From NCBI GenBank assembly GCA_050250645.1, contig JBFWOG010000005.1, forward strand, positions 22,942-86,941: a stretch of 64,000 nucleotides of DNA, in the 5' to 3' direction. Each line of letters begins with the position of its first letter. Positions within the stretch are counted from its first letter, which is position 1. Shown in pieces: positions 50,748-59,195 of the stretch. The notes beneath the pieces were generated by a model that saw only the letters and a program-made list of their open reading frames with translations, made no database searches and had not been told where the DNA came from. A program made the position numbers and the translations under genes. Source of the stretch: Vicinamibacterales bacterium (GTDB taxonomy: Bacteria; Acidobacteriota; Vicinamibacteria; Vicinamibacterales; UBA2999).

Positions 50748-52387
50748 GGGACCCGCCTCCCGCCGGCCATCCGCACCACCCGGTCCGCCGCGGCCAGGGT
50801 CGCCCGGCGGTGCGACACGAGCAGCACGGTCCGGCCCATGCGCGCCTCGGCGAGCCCCGCGACGACGGCGGCCTCGGTGTCGGCGTCGAGTTCCGAGGTC
50901 GGCTCGTCGAGCAGGAGCAGCGGCGCCGCCTTCAGGTAGGCGCGCGCCAGCGCCAGCCGCTGCGCTTCGCCGCCCGACAGGCCCGCCCCGAGCTCGCCCG
51001 TGCGGGTGGCCAGGCCGCGGGGAAGGCGGTCGACGACGCGGTCGAAGGCCGCCAGCCGCATGGCGCGACGCACTTCGGCCTCGGACGCCGCTGGCGCGCC
51101 GAGCCGCAGGTTGTCGAGAAGGGTGCCGTGGAAGAGATGGGGACGCTGCGGGGCCCAGCTCACCGCCGCCCGCCACGCGTCCGGCGTCCACGCGTCCAGC
51201 CGCACGCCGTCGACGAGCACCGCGCCGTCGGCCGGGTCGACGAAGCGCAGGAGCGCCGCGAGGAGCGTGCTCTTGCCCGCGCCGCTCGGTCCGTCGAGCC
51301 CGAGCAGTTCGCCTGCCGCGACCTCCATCGAGAATCCGGCGAGGGCCTGTCCCCGTCCCGCGCCGTAGTCGACGCGCACGTTGGTGAACGACAGGCGGGG
51401 GGGCTTCGTCAGGTTCGTCAGGTTCGTCAGGTTCGTCGGGTTCGTCGGGTTCGTCGGGTTCGACAGGTTCGACAGGTTCGTCCCCAGCGCGTCGTCGAGC
51501 GCCGCGAGCTGGCGTCCGGTCTCCTGTCCCGCGAGGCCGGCGTGGAACGACTGGCCGAGCGTCCGCAGCGGGCGGTAGAACTCGGGCGCGAGCAGCAGCA
51601 CGGCGAGTGCCTCGGGGAAGGCCACCCGGCCGTAGAGGAGCCGCAGGCCGATCTCCACCGCGACGATGGCCGTGCCCAGCGTGGCGAGCAGCTCGAGCAC
51701 CAGCGCCGACAGGAAGCCCACGCGCAGCACGTCCATCGTCAGCCGCCGGTAGCGCTCGGCCGTCTCGCCCAGGCGGACCGACTCCTCGGCGACGCGGCCG
51801 AACGCCTTGAGGGTGACCAGCCCCTGCACCGCATCGAGGAAGCGGGCGGTCAGGCGGGAGAGGTCGACCCACTGCGCGGCGGTCCGCTCCCGGGCGATGC
51901 CGCCGATGAGCCACATGAAGAGCGGGATGAGCGGGCCCGTGACGACGAGCACCGCGGCGGACAGGGGATCGATCGCGACGACCGCGGTGACGACGGCGAC
52001 GGGAACGAGCACCGCGAGCGCGCGATGCACCTGGTAGCGCGCCACGTAGGCGTCGAGGGCGTCGAGGCCGGCCGTCAGCGTCGAGGTCACCGAGCCGGCC
52101 GGCAGTTGCTCGAGGCGCCGCGGACCCGCGCCAAGGGCGCGGCGGGCATGGGCATCCCGGAGCCGGGCCTTGAGCCGGACGAGCGTCTGGCTGGCCGAGG
52201 TGTCCGAGGCCCAGCCGATCGAGGCGCGCGCCACCGCGAGGGCGGCGAGCCATGCGAGCCCCCCCGCGGCCGCGGCCACCGGGCCGCCGCTACCGAGCCC
52301 CGCCAGCACCCCCGCGAGGACGACGGCCTGGGGAATGACCAGCACGCCCGCCAGGGCGCCCAGGCAGATGGCGAGGGAAGGGGACAT
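50744..52387 (-). CDS. cydD: Thiol reductant ABC exporter subunit CydD, with a repeat-encoded linker
   Basis: 547 aa. TMD, then TNLSNLSNPTNPTNPTNLTNLTNLTK, then an NBD (GPSGAGKSTLL, LSGGEAQR, LLLDEP). Confidence 0.85.
   Translation of the reverse strand: MSPSLAICLGALAGVLVIPQAVVLAGVLAGLGSGGPVAAAAGGLAWLAALAVARASIGWASDTSASQTLVRLKARLRDAHARRALGAGPRRLEQLPAGSVTSTLTAGLDALDAYVARYQVHRALAVLVPVAVVTAVVAIDPLSAAVLVVTGPLIPLFMWLIGGIARERTAAQWVDLSRLTARFLDAVQGLVTLKAFGRVAEESVRLGETAERYRRLTMDVLRVGFLSALVLELLATLGTAIVAVEIGLRLLYGRVAFPEALAVLLLAPEFYRPLRTLGQSFHAGLAGQETGRQLAALDDALGTNLSNLSNPTNPTNPTNLTNLTNLTKPPRLSFTNVRVDYGAGRGQALAGFSMEVAAGELLGLDGPSGAGKSTLLAALLRFVDPADGAVLVDGVRLDAWTPDAWRAAVSWAPQRPHLFHGTLLDNLRLGAPAASEAEVRRAMRLAAFDRVVDRLPRGLATRTGELGAGLSGGEAQRLALARAYLKAAPLLLLDEPTSELDADTEAAVVAGLAEARMGRTVLLVSHRRATLAAADRVVRMAGGRRVP
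51404..51483 (+). repeat. Tandem nonamer array (RGGTTCGWC x9) inside cydD
   Basis: aggttcgtc x3, gggttcgtc x2, gggttcgac, aggttcgac x2, flanked by partial units. This is the reverse complement of the unit at 22459 and 39523. Confidence 0.95.
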
Positions 52388-52433
52388 CGGAATCCGGCAA
52401 TCTGCTGACGTGCTGATCTCGTGAGGTCGTGAT

Positions 52434-52595
52434 CTACCTGTGACTCCTCGCGATGATACGGACCATCTTGAGGTTGATCCACACGAACCGCCACATCTGC
52501 CACGGGATGAACGTGCGGAAGAACCGCGTGGCCGGGGTGGGCAGGGTCGCGTAGGCGTGCTCCACGGGGCGGACCGGGTCCGGAGGCGTGCTCAT
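52434..52595 (-). CDS. Small (53 aa) hypothetical protein coupled to the SQR-like gene
   Basis: Not in the track. My own translation is MSTPPDPVRPVEHAYATLPTPATRFFRTFIPWQMWRFVWINLKMVRIIARSHR, ending at TAG. The ATG is 4 nt after the SQR stop, with GGAG upstream. Confidence 0.45.
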   Translation of the reverse strand: MSTPPDPVRPVEHAYATLPTPATRFFRTFIPWQMWRFVWINLKMVRIIARSHR

Positions 52596-52599
52596 GGGA

Positions 52600-54054
52600 T
52601 CACTCCGGGATGAGGCTCCAGCCGGGGCGGAGCCGGGCCTTGTACAGGAACAGGTGGTGGAGGAGGATCTTGATCCAGTGGCCGGCGAGGCCGATCTCGC
52701 CGAAGGTGGCGTCGAGGTCGCGGCCGTACTCCGGGTACCGGTCGAAGTCCGGGACGATCGGGAAGACCGTCATGGCGGCGGCGGTGCCGCGGAAGGGGTT
52801 GGCGCCGGCGGAGGCGACGCAGGCGGCGCCCATCTCGGCCATCGACGCGGTGTGCGTGGGCGCGGGCGCGCCGCCCATCATGTCGGCGATGCTGTGCGCG
52901 ACGGCCTTGCCGATCATCGCCGAGGGCATGCCCGTGCGCGGCGGCGCCGGCGCGATCGGCGCGCCGCCCGGGGTCTTGCGGGGCTCCGAGATCGCGTGGG
53001 GCGGCGCGAAGGCGATGCCGCACGCGAAGAGCGAGCCGTATCGGGGCGACTGGTAGGTGCGCGGCCAGTCGCGGGCGGACCACTCGGCGAAGGGCCGCGC
53101 CGTGTAGTCCGCGTCGACGCGCATGAAGCCGTTCGGGGCGAAGACCTCCGGCGTGATGTCGGCGCCGCCCCGGTCCACGGCCGTCAGCCCGACCCCCGAG
53201 AAGGGCGGCAGCAGCATCGCGAAGTCGAACGGCGCCTCGCCGGCCTCGCCGTCCAGGGTCTCGTAGTGGCAGACGCCGGGCTCGACGCCGCGCACGTGCG
53301 CCCGCGTCGTCCAGGTCAGGCCGCGCTCGGCGAACAGCGACTCCGCGAAGATCTTGCTCGGCGTCACGTAGCCGCCGCGCTTCAGGTGCAGGCCGCCCAT
53401 GCCGAAGTCGCCGAGCTCGTACTCGTTCGAGATCCAGGCGATGTCGGCGAGGTGGCGGACCCCGCGCGCCCGGAGCTCGAACTCGAGGTTGACGATGTAC
53501 TCGAAGGCGGCGCCCTGGCACGTGCAGGCGCCGTGGCCCGTGCCGACGAGGAAGCGCTGGCGCTCGCCGGCCTGCATGCGGTCGACGGCGCGGCCGAGGG
53601 CGGCCGCCGTGTCGGCCGCGTGCGCCTCGGTGCACACCGAGAGGCTGTGCCCGGACGGGCCCAGCCCCGGCGTGGCGCCGAAGTTGAGCTTGGGGCCCGT
53701 CGCGTTGATCAGGAAGTCGTACTTGAGGGTCCCGACCTCGCCCTCGTGCCCGGGGCGCGTGGACTCGGTGACGACGTAGGGCGCCGGGTCGCCGGCGTCG
53801 CCCTCGGGGTGCAGGCGCACGGCGCGGGCCTGGTGGAACGCGATCCCCGCCCGCTCGTACACCGGCGCGAGGGGGAACGTGACCTGGCGCGGCGACATCA
53901 GGCCGACGCCCACCCAGATGTTGGAGGGAATCCAGTTGTAGTGCGGCTGCGGCGAGACGACGGCGACTTCGTCGGTGCGCGGCAGCCACTTGCGCAGGAA
54001 GGCGGCAGCGGTATGGCCGGACACCCCGGCCCCGAGGACGACGACGCGAGCCAT
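52600..54054 (-). CDS. sqr: Sulfide:quinone oxidoreductase-like FAD-dependent oxidoreductase
   Basis: VVVLGAGVSGHTAA (FAD), GHGACTCQGAAFEY (SQR-type Cys region) and FACGIAFAPP. 484 aa. Confidence 0.75.
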   Translation of the reverse strand: MARVVVLGAGVSGHTAAAFLRKWLPRTDEVAVVSPQPHYNWIPSNIWVGVGLMSPRQVTFPLAPVYERAGIAFHQARAVRLHPEGDAGDPAPYVVTESTRPGHEGEVGTLKYDFLINATGPKLNFGATPGLGPSGHSLSVCTEAHAADTAAALGRAVDRMQAGERQRFLVGTGHGACTCQGAAFEYIVNLEFELRARGVRHLADIAWISNEYELGDFGMGGLHLKRGGYVTPSKIFAESLFAERGLTWTTRAHVRGVEPGVCHYETLDGEAGEAPFDFAMLLPPFSGVGLTAVDRGGADITPEVFAPNGFMRVDADYTARPFAEWSARDWPRTYQSPRYGSLFACGIAFAPPHAISEPRKTPGGAPIAPAPPRTGMPSAMIGKAVAHSIADMMGGAPAPTHTASMAEMGAACVASAGANPFRGTAAAMTVFPIVPDFDRYPEYGRDLDATFGEIGLAGHWIKILLHHLFLYKARLRPGWSLIPE

Positions 54055-54220
54055 GTCACCCTCCCTTCCACCGCGGGCCGCGCATGCACGCCGCCCGCCT
54101 CAGGTCACCACCGCGCGGCCACCAGCCACAGGGCCCGGCACGTCACCCGGTAGAGGAGCCGGTAGGCCGCCCGGTTCACGATGCGAGGGATCGTCATGTC
54201 GAACACCACGACGCGCCCGC

Positions 54221-54260
54221 CAAATCACGAGATCACCAGATCACGAGATCACCAGATGTC
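54221..54260 (-). repeat. Tandem octamer array (GTGATCTS on the gene strand, about 5 units)
   Basis: Plus strand reads caaatcac gagatcac cagatcac gagatcac cagatgtc. On the minus strand the cydB stop TGA lies within the first, degenerate unit. Confidence 0.9.
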
Positions 54261-55275
54261 AGTATTCCAGGTGACTGCCGGCCGTGATCCGGCGCCGGAA
54301 CACCCAGTACGTCCAGCCCTGGTAGGCCAGGACGACGGGCACGAAGAGCCCGGCGACCACGGTCATCACCTTCAGGGTGTAGGGGGTGGACGACGCGTTG
54401 TAGATGGTGAGGCTCCACCCGGGGTCGAGGCTCGAGACCATCACCCGCGGGAAGAGCGCCATGAAGATCGTGATCGTCGACAGCACGATGCCGAGCGAGG
54501 TCATCGTGAACGCCCAGCCCATGCGGTCGTGGTGGACGAACCAGCCGGCCGCGAGCATCGCGCCGAGCGCCCCGAGCGGGATGATGCCGGGGTTGATCCC
54601 GAAGCGCTGGAAGGCGTCCGTCCAGACGTAGGTCAGGATGACGAAGACGTAGACGAAGAAGGTGGCGATCGGCCCGATGCGGCGCGCCGCGTGGCGCGCG
54701 CGCGTGCGGATCGGGTCGGTGCTCTTGAGGTTCAGGAAGATCGCCCCGTGCGTCATGAAGACGGTGAGCGAGGCGAGCCCCGTGAGCACGGCGTAGGGGT
54801 TGAGGAGGTTGAAGAACCCGCCGACGTACTGGTGGTCGCCGTCGATCGGCACGCCCTTCAGCATGTTGCCGAGCGCGACGCCCCAGAGCAGCGCGGGAAT
54901 CGCGCTGCCGGCGAAGATCAGCAGGTCGAAGGTGCGCCGCCAGGTGGGGTTCCGGTCCTTGCTGCGGAACTCGAAGGCGACGCCCCGCACGATCAGGGCG
55001 ACCAGCATGAGGAACAGCGCCAGGTAGAAGCCGCTGAAGAGCGTGGCGTACCACTCGGGGAAGGCCGCGAAGATGGCGCCGCCCGCCGTGAGCAGCCAGA
55101 CCTCGTTGCCGTCCCACACCGGGCCGATCGTGTTGATGATCCGGCGCCGCTCGTCGTCGGTCTGCCCGAGGAAGGGCAGCAGGATGCCGACGCCGTAGTC
55201 GAAGCCCTCGAGGACGAAGAAGCCGATGAAGAGCACGGCCACGAGCACGAACCAGAGCGTGTTCAGGTCGAACAT
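54259..55275 (-). CDS. cydB: Cytochrome bd ubiquinol oxidase subunit II
   Basis: MFDLNTLWFVLVAVLFIGFFVLEGFDYGVGILLPF...WDGNEVWLLTAGGA. 338 aa. Confidence 0.95.
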   Translation of the reverse strand: MFDLNTLWFVLVAVLFIGFFVLEGFDYGVGILLPFLGQTDDERRRIINTIGPVWDGNEVWLLTAGGAIFAAFPEWYATLFSGFYLALFLMLVALIVRGVAFEFRSKDRNPTWRRTFDLLIFAGSAIPALLWGVALGNMLKGVPIDGDHQYVGGFFNLLNPYAVLTGLASLTVFMTHGAIFLNLKSTDPIRTRARHAARRIGPIATFFVYVFVILTYVWTDAFQRFGINPGIIPLGALGAMLAAGWFVHHDRMGWAFTMTSLGIVLSTITIFMALFPRVMVSSLDPGWSLTIYNASSTPYTLKVMTVVAGLFVPVVLAYQGWTYWVFRRRITAGSHLEY

Positions 55276-55285
55276 GGCGTCCCCC

Positions 55286-56674
55286 TCAGGCTCCCGCCGG
55301 CGCCTCGAGCGCCGGCCCGGGGTGCAGTTGGACGGCGGAGGCGCCAGCCGTGGCGTACTTCGCCAGCAGGTAGACGTCCGCGACCATCAGCGCGCCGTAG
55401 ATCACCGTGAAGCCGACGAGCGAGGTCAGGACCTCGCCCGCGGTGACCGCCGGCGAGACCGCGTCCACGGTCTTCTGGAGGCCGAACACGATCCACGGCT
55501 GGCGGCCGATCTCCGTGAAGATCCACCCCGCGGAGTTCGCCAGGTACGGCAGCGCGATGGCCCACGGCAGGAGCCGCACCAGCCTGGCGCTGCCGCCGAC
55601 GCGGTCGCGCCAGACGTCCACGGTGGCCCACAGCGCGGCGAGCAGCATGAGCAGCCCCGCCCCGATCATCAGGCGGAAGGTCCAGTAGGTCCACTTGACC
55701 GGGGGCACGTAGTCGCCGGGGCCGAACTGCTGCTCGGCGAGCCGCTGCAGCTCGTTGATCCCCTTCACCTCGCCCTCGAACCGGTTGTAGGCGAGGAAGC
55801 TCAGGAGCCCGGGCACCTTGAGGGCGATGATGTCGCGCCGGGCCTCCTCGTCGCCGACGGTGAAGAGCGACATCGCGGCCGGGTTCTCGGTCTCCCACAG
55901 GGCCTCGGCCGCGGCCATCTTCATCGGCTGGATGCGGACCATGTACTGCGCCTGGTTGTGCCCGACCGCCATCACGGCGAGGGTGGCCACGAGCGCGTAG
56001 ACGGCCCCGATCCGGAACGACAGCGAGAAGGCCTCGAGGTCGCCCTCGTCCCGCGACCGGTGCAGGTGCCACGCGCTGATGCCCAGGATGAAGAAGGCCG
56101 CCGTCGCCATCGCGCCGGCCAGCACGTGCGGGAACTGCACGAAGACGTGCGGGTTGGTCGCCAGGGCGAAGAAGTCGTTCATCTCGGCGCGGCCGTTGCG
56201 GACGACGTAGCCGAGCGGCTGCTGCATGAACGAGTTGGCGATCAGGATCCAGAGCGCCGACAGGTTCGACCCCACGGCGACCGCCCAGATCGTCCCGAGG
56301 TGGAGCTTGCGGGGCAGCTTGTCCCACCCGAAGATCCACAGGCCCAGGAACGTCGACTCGAGGAAGAAGGCGAGCAGGGCCTCGATGGCCAGCGGCGCGC
56401 CGAAGACGTCGCCGACGAAGCGGGAGTACTCCGACCAGTTCATGCCGAACTGGAACTCCTGCACGATGCCCGTCGCGACGCCCATCGCGAAGTTGATGAG
56501 GAAGAGCTTGCCCCAGAACTTCGTGAGGCGGAGGTAGACGTCACGGCCCGACACGAACCAGGCGGTCTGCAGCAGCGCAACCACCCAGACCAGGCCGAGC
56601 GTGAGGGGGACGAAGAAGAAGTGGTAGACGGTGGTGATCCCGAACTGCCATCGGGCGAGGGTCACGGCATCCAT
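55286..56674 (-). CDS. cydA: Cytochrome bd ubiquinol oxidase subunit I
   Basis: ORF 55286..57328 trimmed to ATG 56674 (MDAVTLARWQFGITTVYHFFFVPLTLG...). Q-loop region and GWIFTEIGRQPW. Confidence 0.95.
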   Translation of the reverse strand: MDAVTLARWQFGITTVYHFFFVPLTLGLVWVVALLQTAWFVSGRDVYLRLTKFWGKLFLINFAMGVATGIVQEFQFGMNWSEYSRFVGDVFGAPLAIEALLAFFLESTFLGLWIFGWDKLPRKLHLGTIWAVAVGSNLSALWILIANSFMQQPLGYVVRNGRAEMNDFFALATNPHVFVQFPHVLAGAMATAAFFILGISAWHLHRSRDEGDLEAFSLSFRIGAVYALVATLAVMAVGHNQAQYMVRIQPMKMAAAEALWETENPAAMSLFTVGDEEARRDIIALKVPGLLSFLAYNRFEGEVKGINELQRLAEQQFGPGDYVPPVKWTYWTFRLMIGAGLLMLLAALWATVDVWRDRVGGSARLVRLLPWAIALPYLANSAGWIFTEIGRQPWIVFGLQKTVDAVSPAVTAGEVLTSLVGFTVIYGALMVADVYLLAKYATAGASAVQLHPGPALEAPAGA

Positions 56675-56860
56675 GGTGCGGCCTGCTCCCGTGCTGAGAC
56701 GGATGAATCCACCGGGGACGTCGCAAACGACGTACCCATGGGGAGATCCGGCGAATTCGCCCCGGAATCCGGCCCGGGCGGGCGTGGTGCCCGGGAGCGG
56801 CTGCCGGGAAACCGGCACTCCGGGGGCGGCCCCGGGCGGCGCTCGGTGTAAATTGACCCC

Positions 56861-57469
56861 ATGGACGTCGTGCGCACCCCCATCGTCGGCTGGATCGAGG
56901 TCGTCGTCGGCAGCATGTTCAGCGGGAAGAGCGAGGAGCTCATCCGTCGCCTGCGGCGGGCGCAGATCGCCCGGCAGCGGGTGCAGATCTTCAAGCCGGC
57001 GGTGGACACCCGCTTCGGGGAAGACCACATCGTGTCGCACAGCGAGCTGCGCATCCCGTCCACGCCGGTCGGGTCGGCGGCGGAACTCGAGGCGGCGGTG
57101 CTGCCCGACACGGAAGTGGTGGGGATCGACGAGGGGCAGTTCTTCGACCAGGACCTGCCCGGCGTCTGCGCGGCCCTGGCGGCCCGCGGGGTGCGCGTCA
57201 TCGTGGCGGGGCTGGACCAGGACTACCTGGGGAAGCCCTTCGAGCCGATGCCGCAGCTGCTCGCCATTGCCGAGTACATCACCAAGACCCGGGCGATCTG
57301 CATGGTCTGCGGGAACCCGGCGAACCACACCCAGCGCCTCGTGGCGAGCAGCGACCGGGTGCTGCTCGGGGCGCAGGGGACGTACGAAGCCCGGTGCCGG
57401 CGGTGCTTCGACCCGGCGCTCGGCCAGCGCGCCGAGGCGGTGGACCAGGCGCCGCAGCGGGCCGGGTGA
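56861..57469 (+). CDS. tdk: Thymidine kinase
   Basis: P-loop [22 protein letters not shown], and Zn Cys pairs CMVCG...CRRC. Confidence 0.9.
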   Translation: MDVVRTPIVGWIEVVVGSMFSGKSEELIRRLRRAQIARQRVQIFKPAVDTRFGEDHIVSHSELRIPSTPVGSAAELEAAVLPDTEVVGIDEGQFFDQDLPGVCAALAARGVRVIVAGLDQDYLGKPFEPMPQLLAIAEYITKTRAICMVCGNPANHTQRLVASSDRVLLGAQGTYEARCRRCFDPALGQRAEAVDQAPQRAG

Positions 57470-58038
57470 TGTCAGATCTCGGCGCGCTGCTGCCGCAGGT
57501 CCTCTTCGCGCTCGGCGCGGGATTCCTCGTCGCGAACCTGCTGGTCGCGAAGGACCTGCTGCGGTGGGCCCGCCGGCGGGCCACGGCGGTGCTGGTCTGG
57601 CCGGCGCCGAAGCCCCCCTACTACGGCCTGAGCCTCGCCATCGGGGTGATGCTCGGGTTGCTCATCCTCTTCAAGGCGATCATCCAGCTGCGGCCGCCCA
57701 CCTCGCTCTTCGGGGAGGTGATGATGTTCGTCTACTACGGCTACGCGCTGCCGCTCTCGACCCGCGTCGGCCGGGGGCTGTACGCGGACGGCATCTGGAC
57801 GGACGGCGGCTTCATGCCCTACACGGAGATCGGGGGCCTCAGCTGGCGGGACGAACCCGACCCGACGCTGGTGCTCATCGCCCGCCGCCGCCCCGTGGCG
57901 CGCCGCCTGCGGGTGCCGGGCACGCGCCTCGGCGAGGTGCGCCGCCTGCTCCGCGAAAAGATCTCGAGCCACGACATCGAGTTCGACGGCGGCCCGGGCA
58001 TCCACCTGGGGGAGCGGGATACCAGGGAAAGTGTGTAG
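57469..58038 (+). CDS. Hypothetical membrane protein
   Basis: The tail of ORF 57394..58038 from ATG 57469, which overlaps the tdk TGA by 1 nt. Three hydrophobic helices followed by a soluble tail. Confidence 0.6.
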   Translation: MSDLGALLPQVLFALGAGFLVANLLVAKDLLRWARRRATAVLVWPAPKPPYYGLSLAIGVMLGLLILFKAIIQLRPPTSLFGEVMMFVYYGYALPLSTRVGRGLYADGIWTDGGFMPYTEIGGLSWRDEPDPTLVLIARRRPVARRLRVPGTRLGEVRRLLREKISSHDIEFDGGPGIHLGERDTRESV

Positions 58039-58040
58039 AT

Positions 58041-58176
58041 GAGATTTGGTGATCTCGTGATCTCGTGATCTCGTGATTTGGGATCTTGTGATCTTGTGAT
58101 CTTGTGATTTGCGATCTGGGAATCGCAGCGAACGTCAATCGTCAATCTGCAATCTTCAATCTGCAATCTTCGTGAT
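58041..58176 (+). repeat. Compound tandem octamer array (about 17 units; GTGATCTY-type then CAATCTK-type)
   Basis: gagatttg gtgatctc x3 gtgatttg ggatcttg tgatcttg x2 tgatttgc gatctggg aatcgcag cgaacgtc aatcgtca atctgcaa tcttcaat ctgcaatc ttcgtgat. Begins 3 nt after the stop at 58038 and ends about 45 nt before the ku RBS. Confidence 0.95.
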
Positions 58177-58229
58177 GCGGTCTATTGGGCCGGGCGGTGC
58201 TGTCCGATAGATCGATGACTGGAGGCCTC

Positions 58230-59120
58230 ATGGCTGCGCGACCGACCTGGAAGGGCTACATCAAGGTCAGCCTCGTCACGATTCCGATACGGGTGTATCC
58301 GGCGACGGAGTCGGCGGCCACGATCTCGTTCAACCAGCTCCACGCCGAGTGCCAGACGCGGATCCAGCAGAAGAAGTGGTGCCCGAAGTGCGAGCGCGAG
58401 ATCACCTCGGCCGAGGTGGTCAAGGGCTACGAGTTCGAGAAGGGCCGCTGGGTCGTCGTGAACGAGGAGGACATCGCGAAGGTCCGCGCGGAGTCCACGA
58501 AGGTCATCAACCTGGTGCAGTTCACCGAGGTGGACGCGATCGACCCGATGTACGTCGACAAGGCGTACTACCTGGCGCCCGAGGGGCCGATGGCGGCCGA
58601 CGCGTACGCCGTCATGCGCGAGGGCATGCAGGGCAAGGCGGGCATCGGCAAGCTGGCCATCCACGGCCGCGAGTACCTCGTGGCGGTGAAGCCGCACAAG
58701 CAGGGCCTCGTGATGTACACGCTGCACCACGCCGCCGAGATCCGGACGATCGACCAGATCGACGAGCTGCGCGAGGTGCGCGGCTCGGTGAACCCGGCGG
58801 AGATGAAGCTGGCCCGCCAGGTCATCGAGAGCTACGAGGGCGAGCTCAACCTGGCCGACTACAAGGACGAGTACCAGGCCGGCCTGCGCCAGATCATCGA
58901 CGCCAAGGTCGCGGGCGAGGAGATCGTCGCGCCCGCCGAGGCCGAGCCGCCGAAGGTCGTCGACCTGATGGAAGCCCTGCGCCGGAGCCTCGACCAGGTC
59001 AGCGCGGGCAAGAAGAAGACCGCCAAGGTCGAGGAGCCCGCCGAGGCCAAGGGGAAGCGCGCCTCGTCGAAGACCGCCGCCGCGAAGGGCGCCGGCGGCC
59101 GCAAGCGCAAGGCGTCCTGA
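58230..59120 (+). CDS. ku: Ku protein (bacterial NHEJ DNA-end binding)
   Basis: GGAGG at 58221, then ATG 58230. MAARPTWKGYIKVSLVTIPIRVYPATE...ISFNQLH...VKGYEFEKGRWV...YYLAPE, plus a Lys-rich tail. Confidence 0.9.
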   Translation: MAARPTWKGYIKVSLVTIPIRVYPATESAATISFNQLHAECQTRIQQKKWCPKCEREITSAEVVKGYEFEKGRWVVVNEEDIAKVRAESTKVINLVQFTEVDAIDPMYVDKAYYLAPEGPMAADAYAVMREGMQGKAGIGKLAIHGREYLVAVKPHKQGLVMYTLHHAAEIRTIDQIDELREVRGSVNPAEMKLARQVIESYEGELNLADYKDEYQAGLRQIIDAKVAGEEIVAPAEAEPPKVVDLMEALRRSLDQVSAGKKKTAKVEEPAEAKGKRASSKTAAAKGAGGRKRKAS

Positions 59121-59195
59121 CGTCGCGGAGTGACCGCTGGGGCTCGGCCCGATTCAACGCTGCTTGGCCCAACAGCCGCCTAAGGTACAAGCCGA

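Noticed and set aside
52405-52440. A fourth GTGATCTN octamer array between the micro-ORF and cydD
   Set aside because: Only about two recognisable units (ctgatctc, gtgatcta) sit in a degenerate context, and they are in antisense orientation relative to the operon. This is too weak to call as a feature. It is mentioned only as a possible decayed copy.
58041-58176. Whether any of the tandem arrays could be CRISPR arrays
   Set aside because: The units are 8-9 bp and directly abutting, with no unique spacers. There are no cas genes in the window. These are micro- or minisatellite-type repeats.
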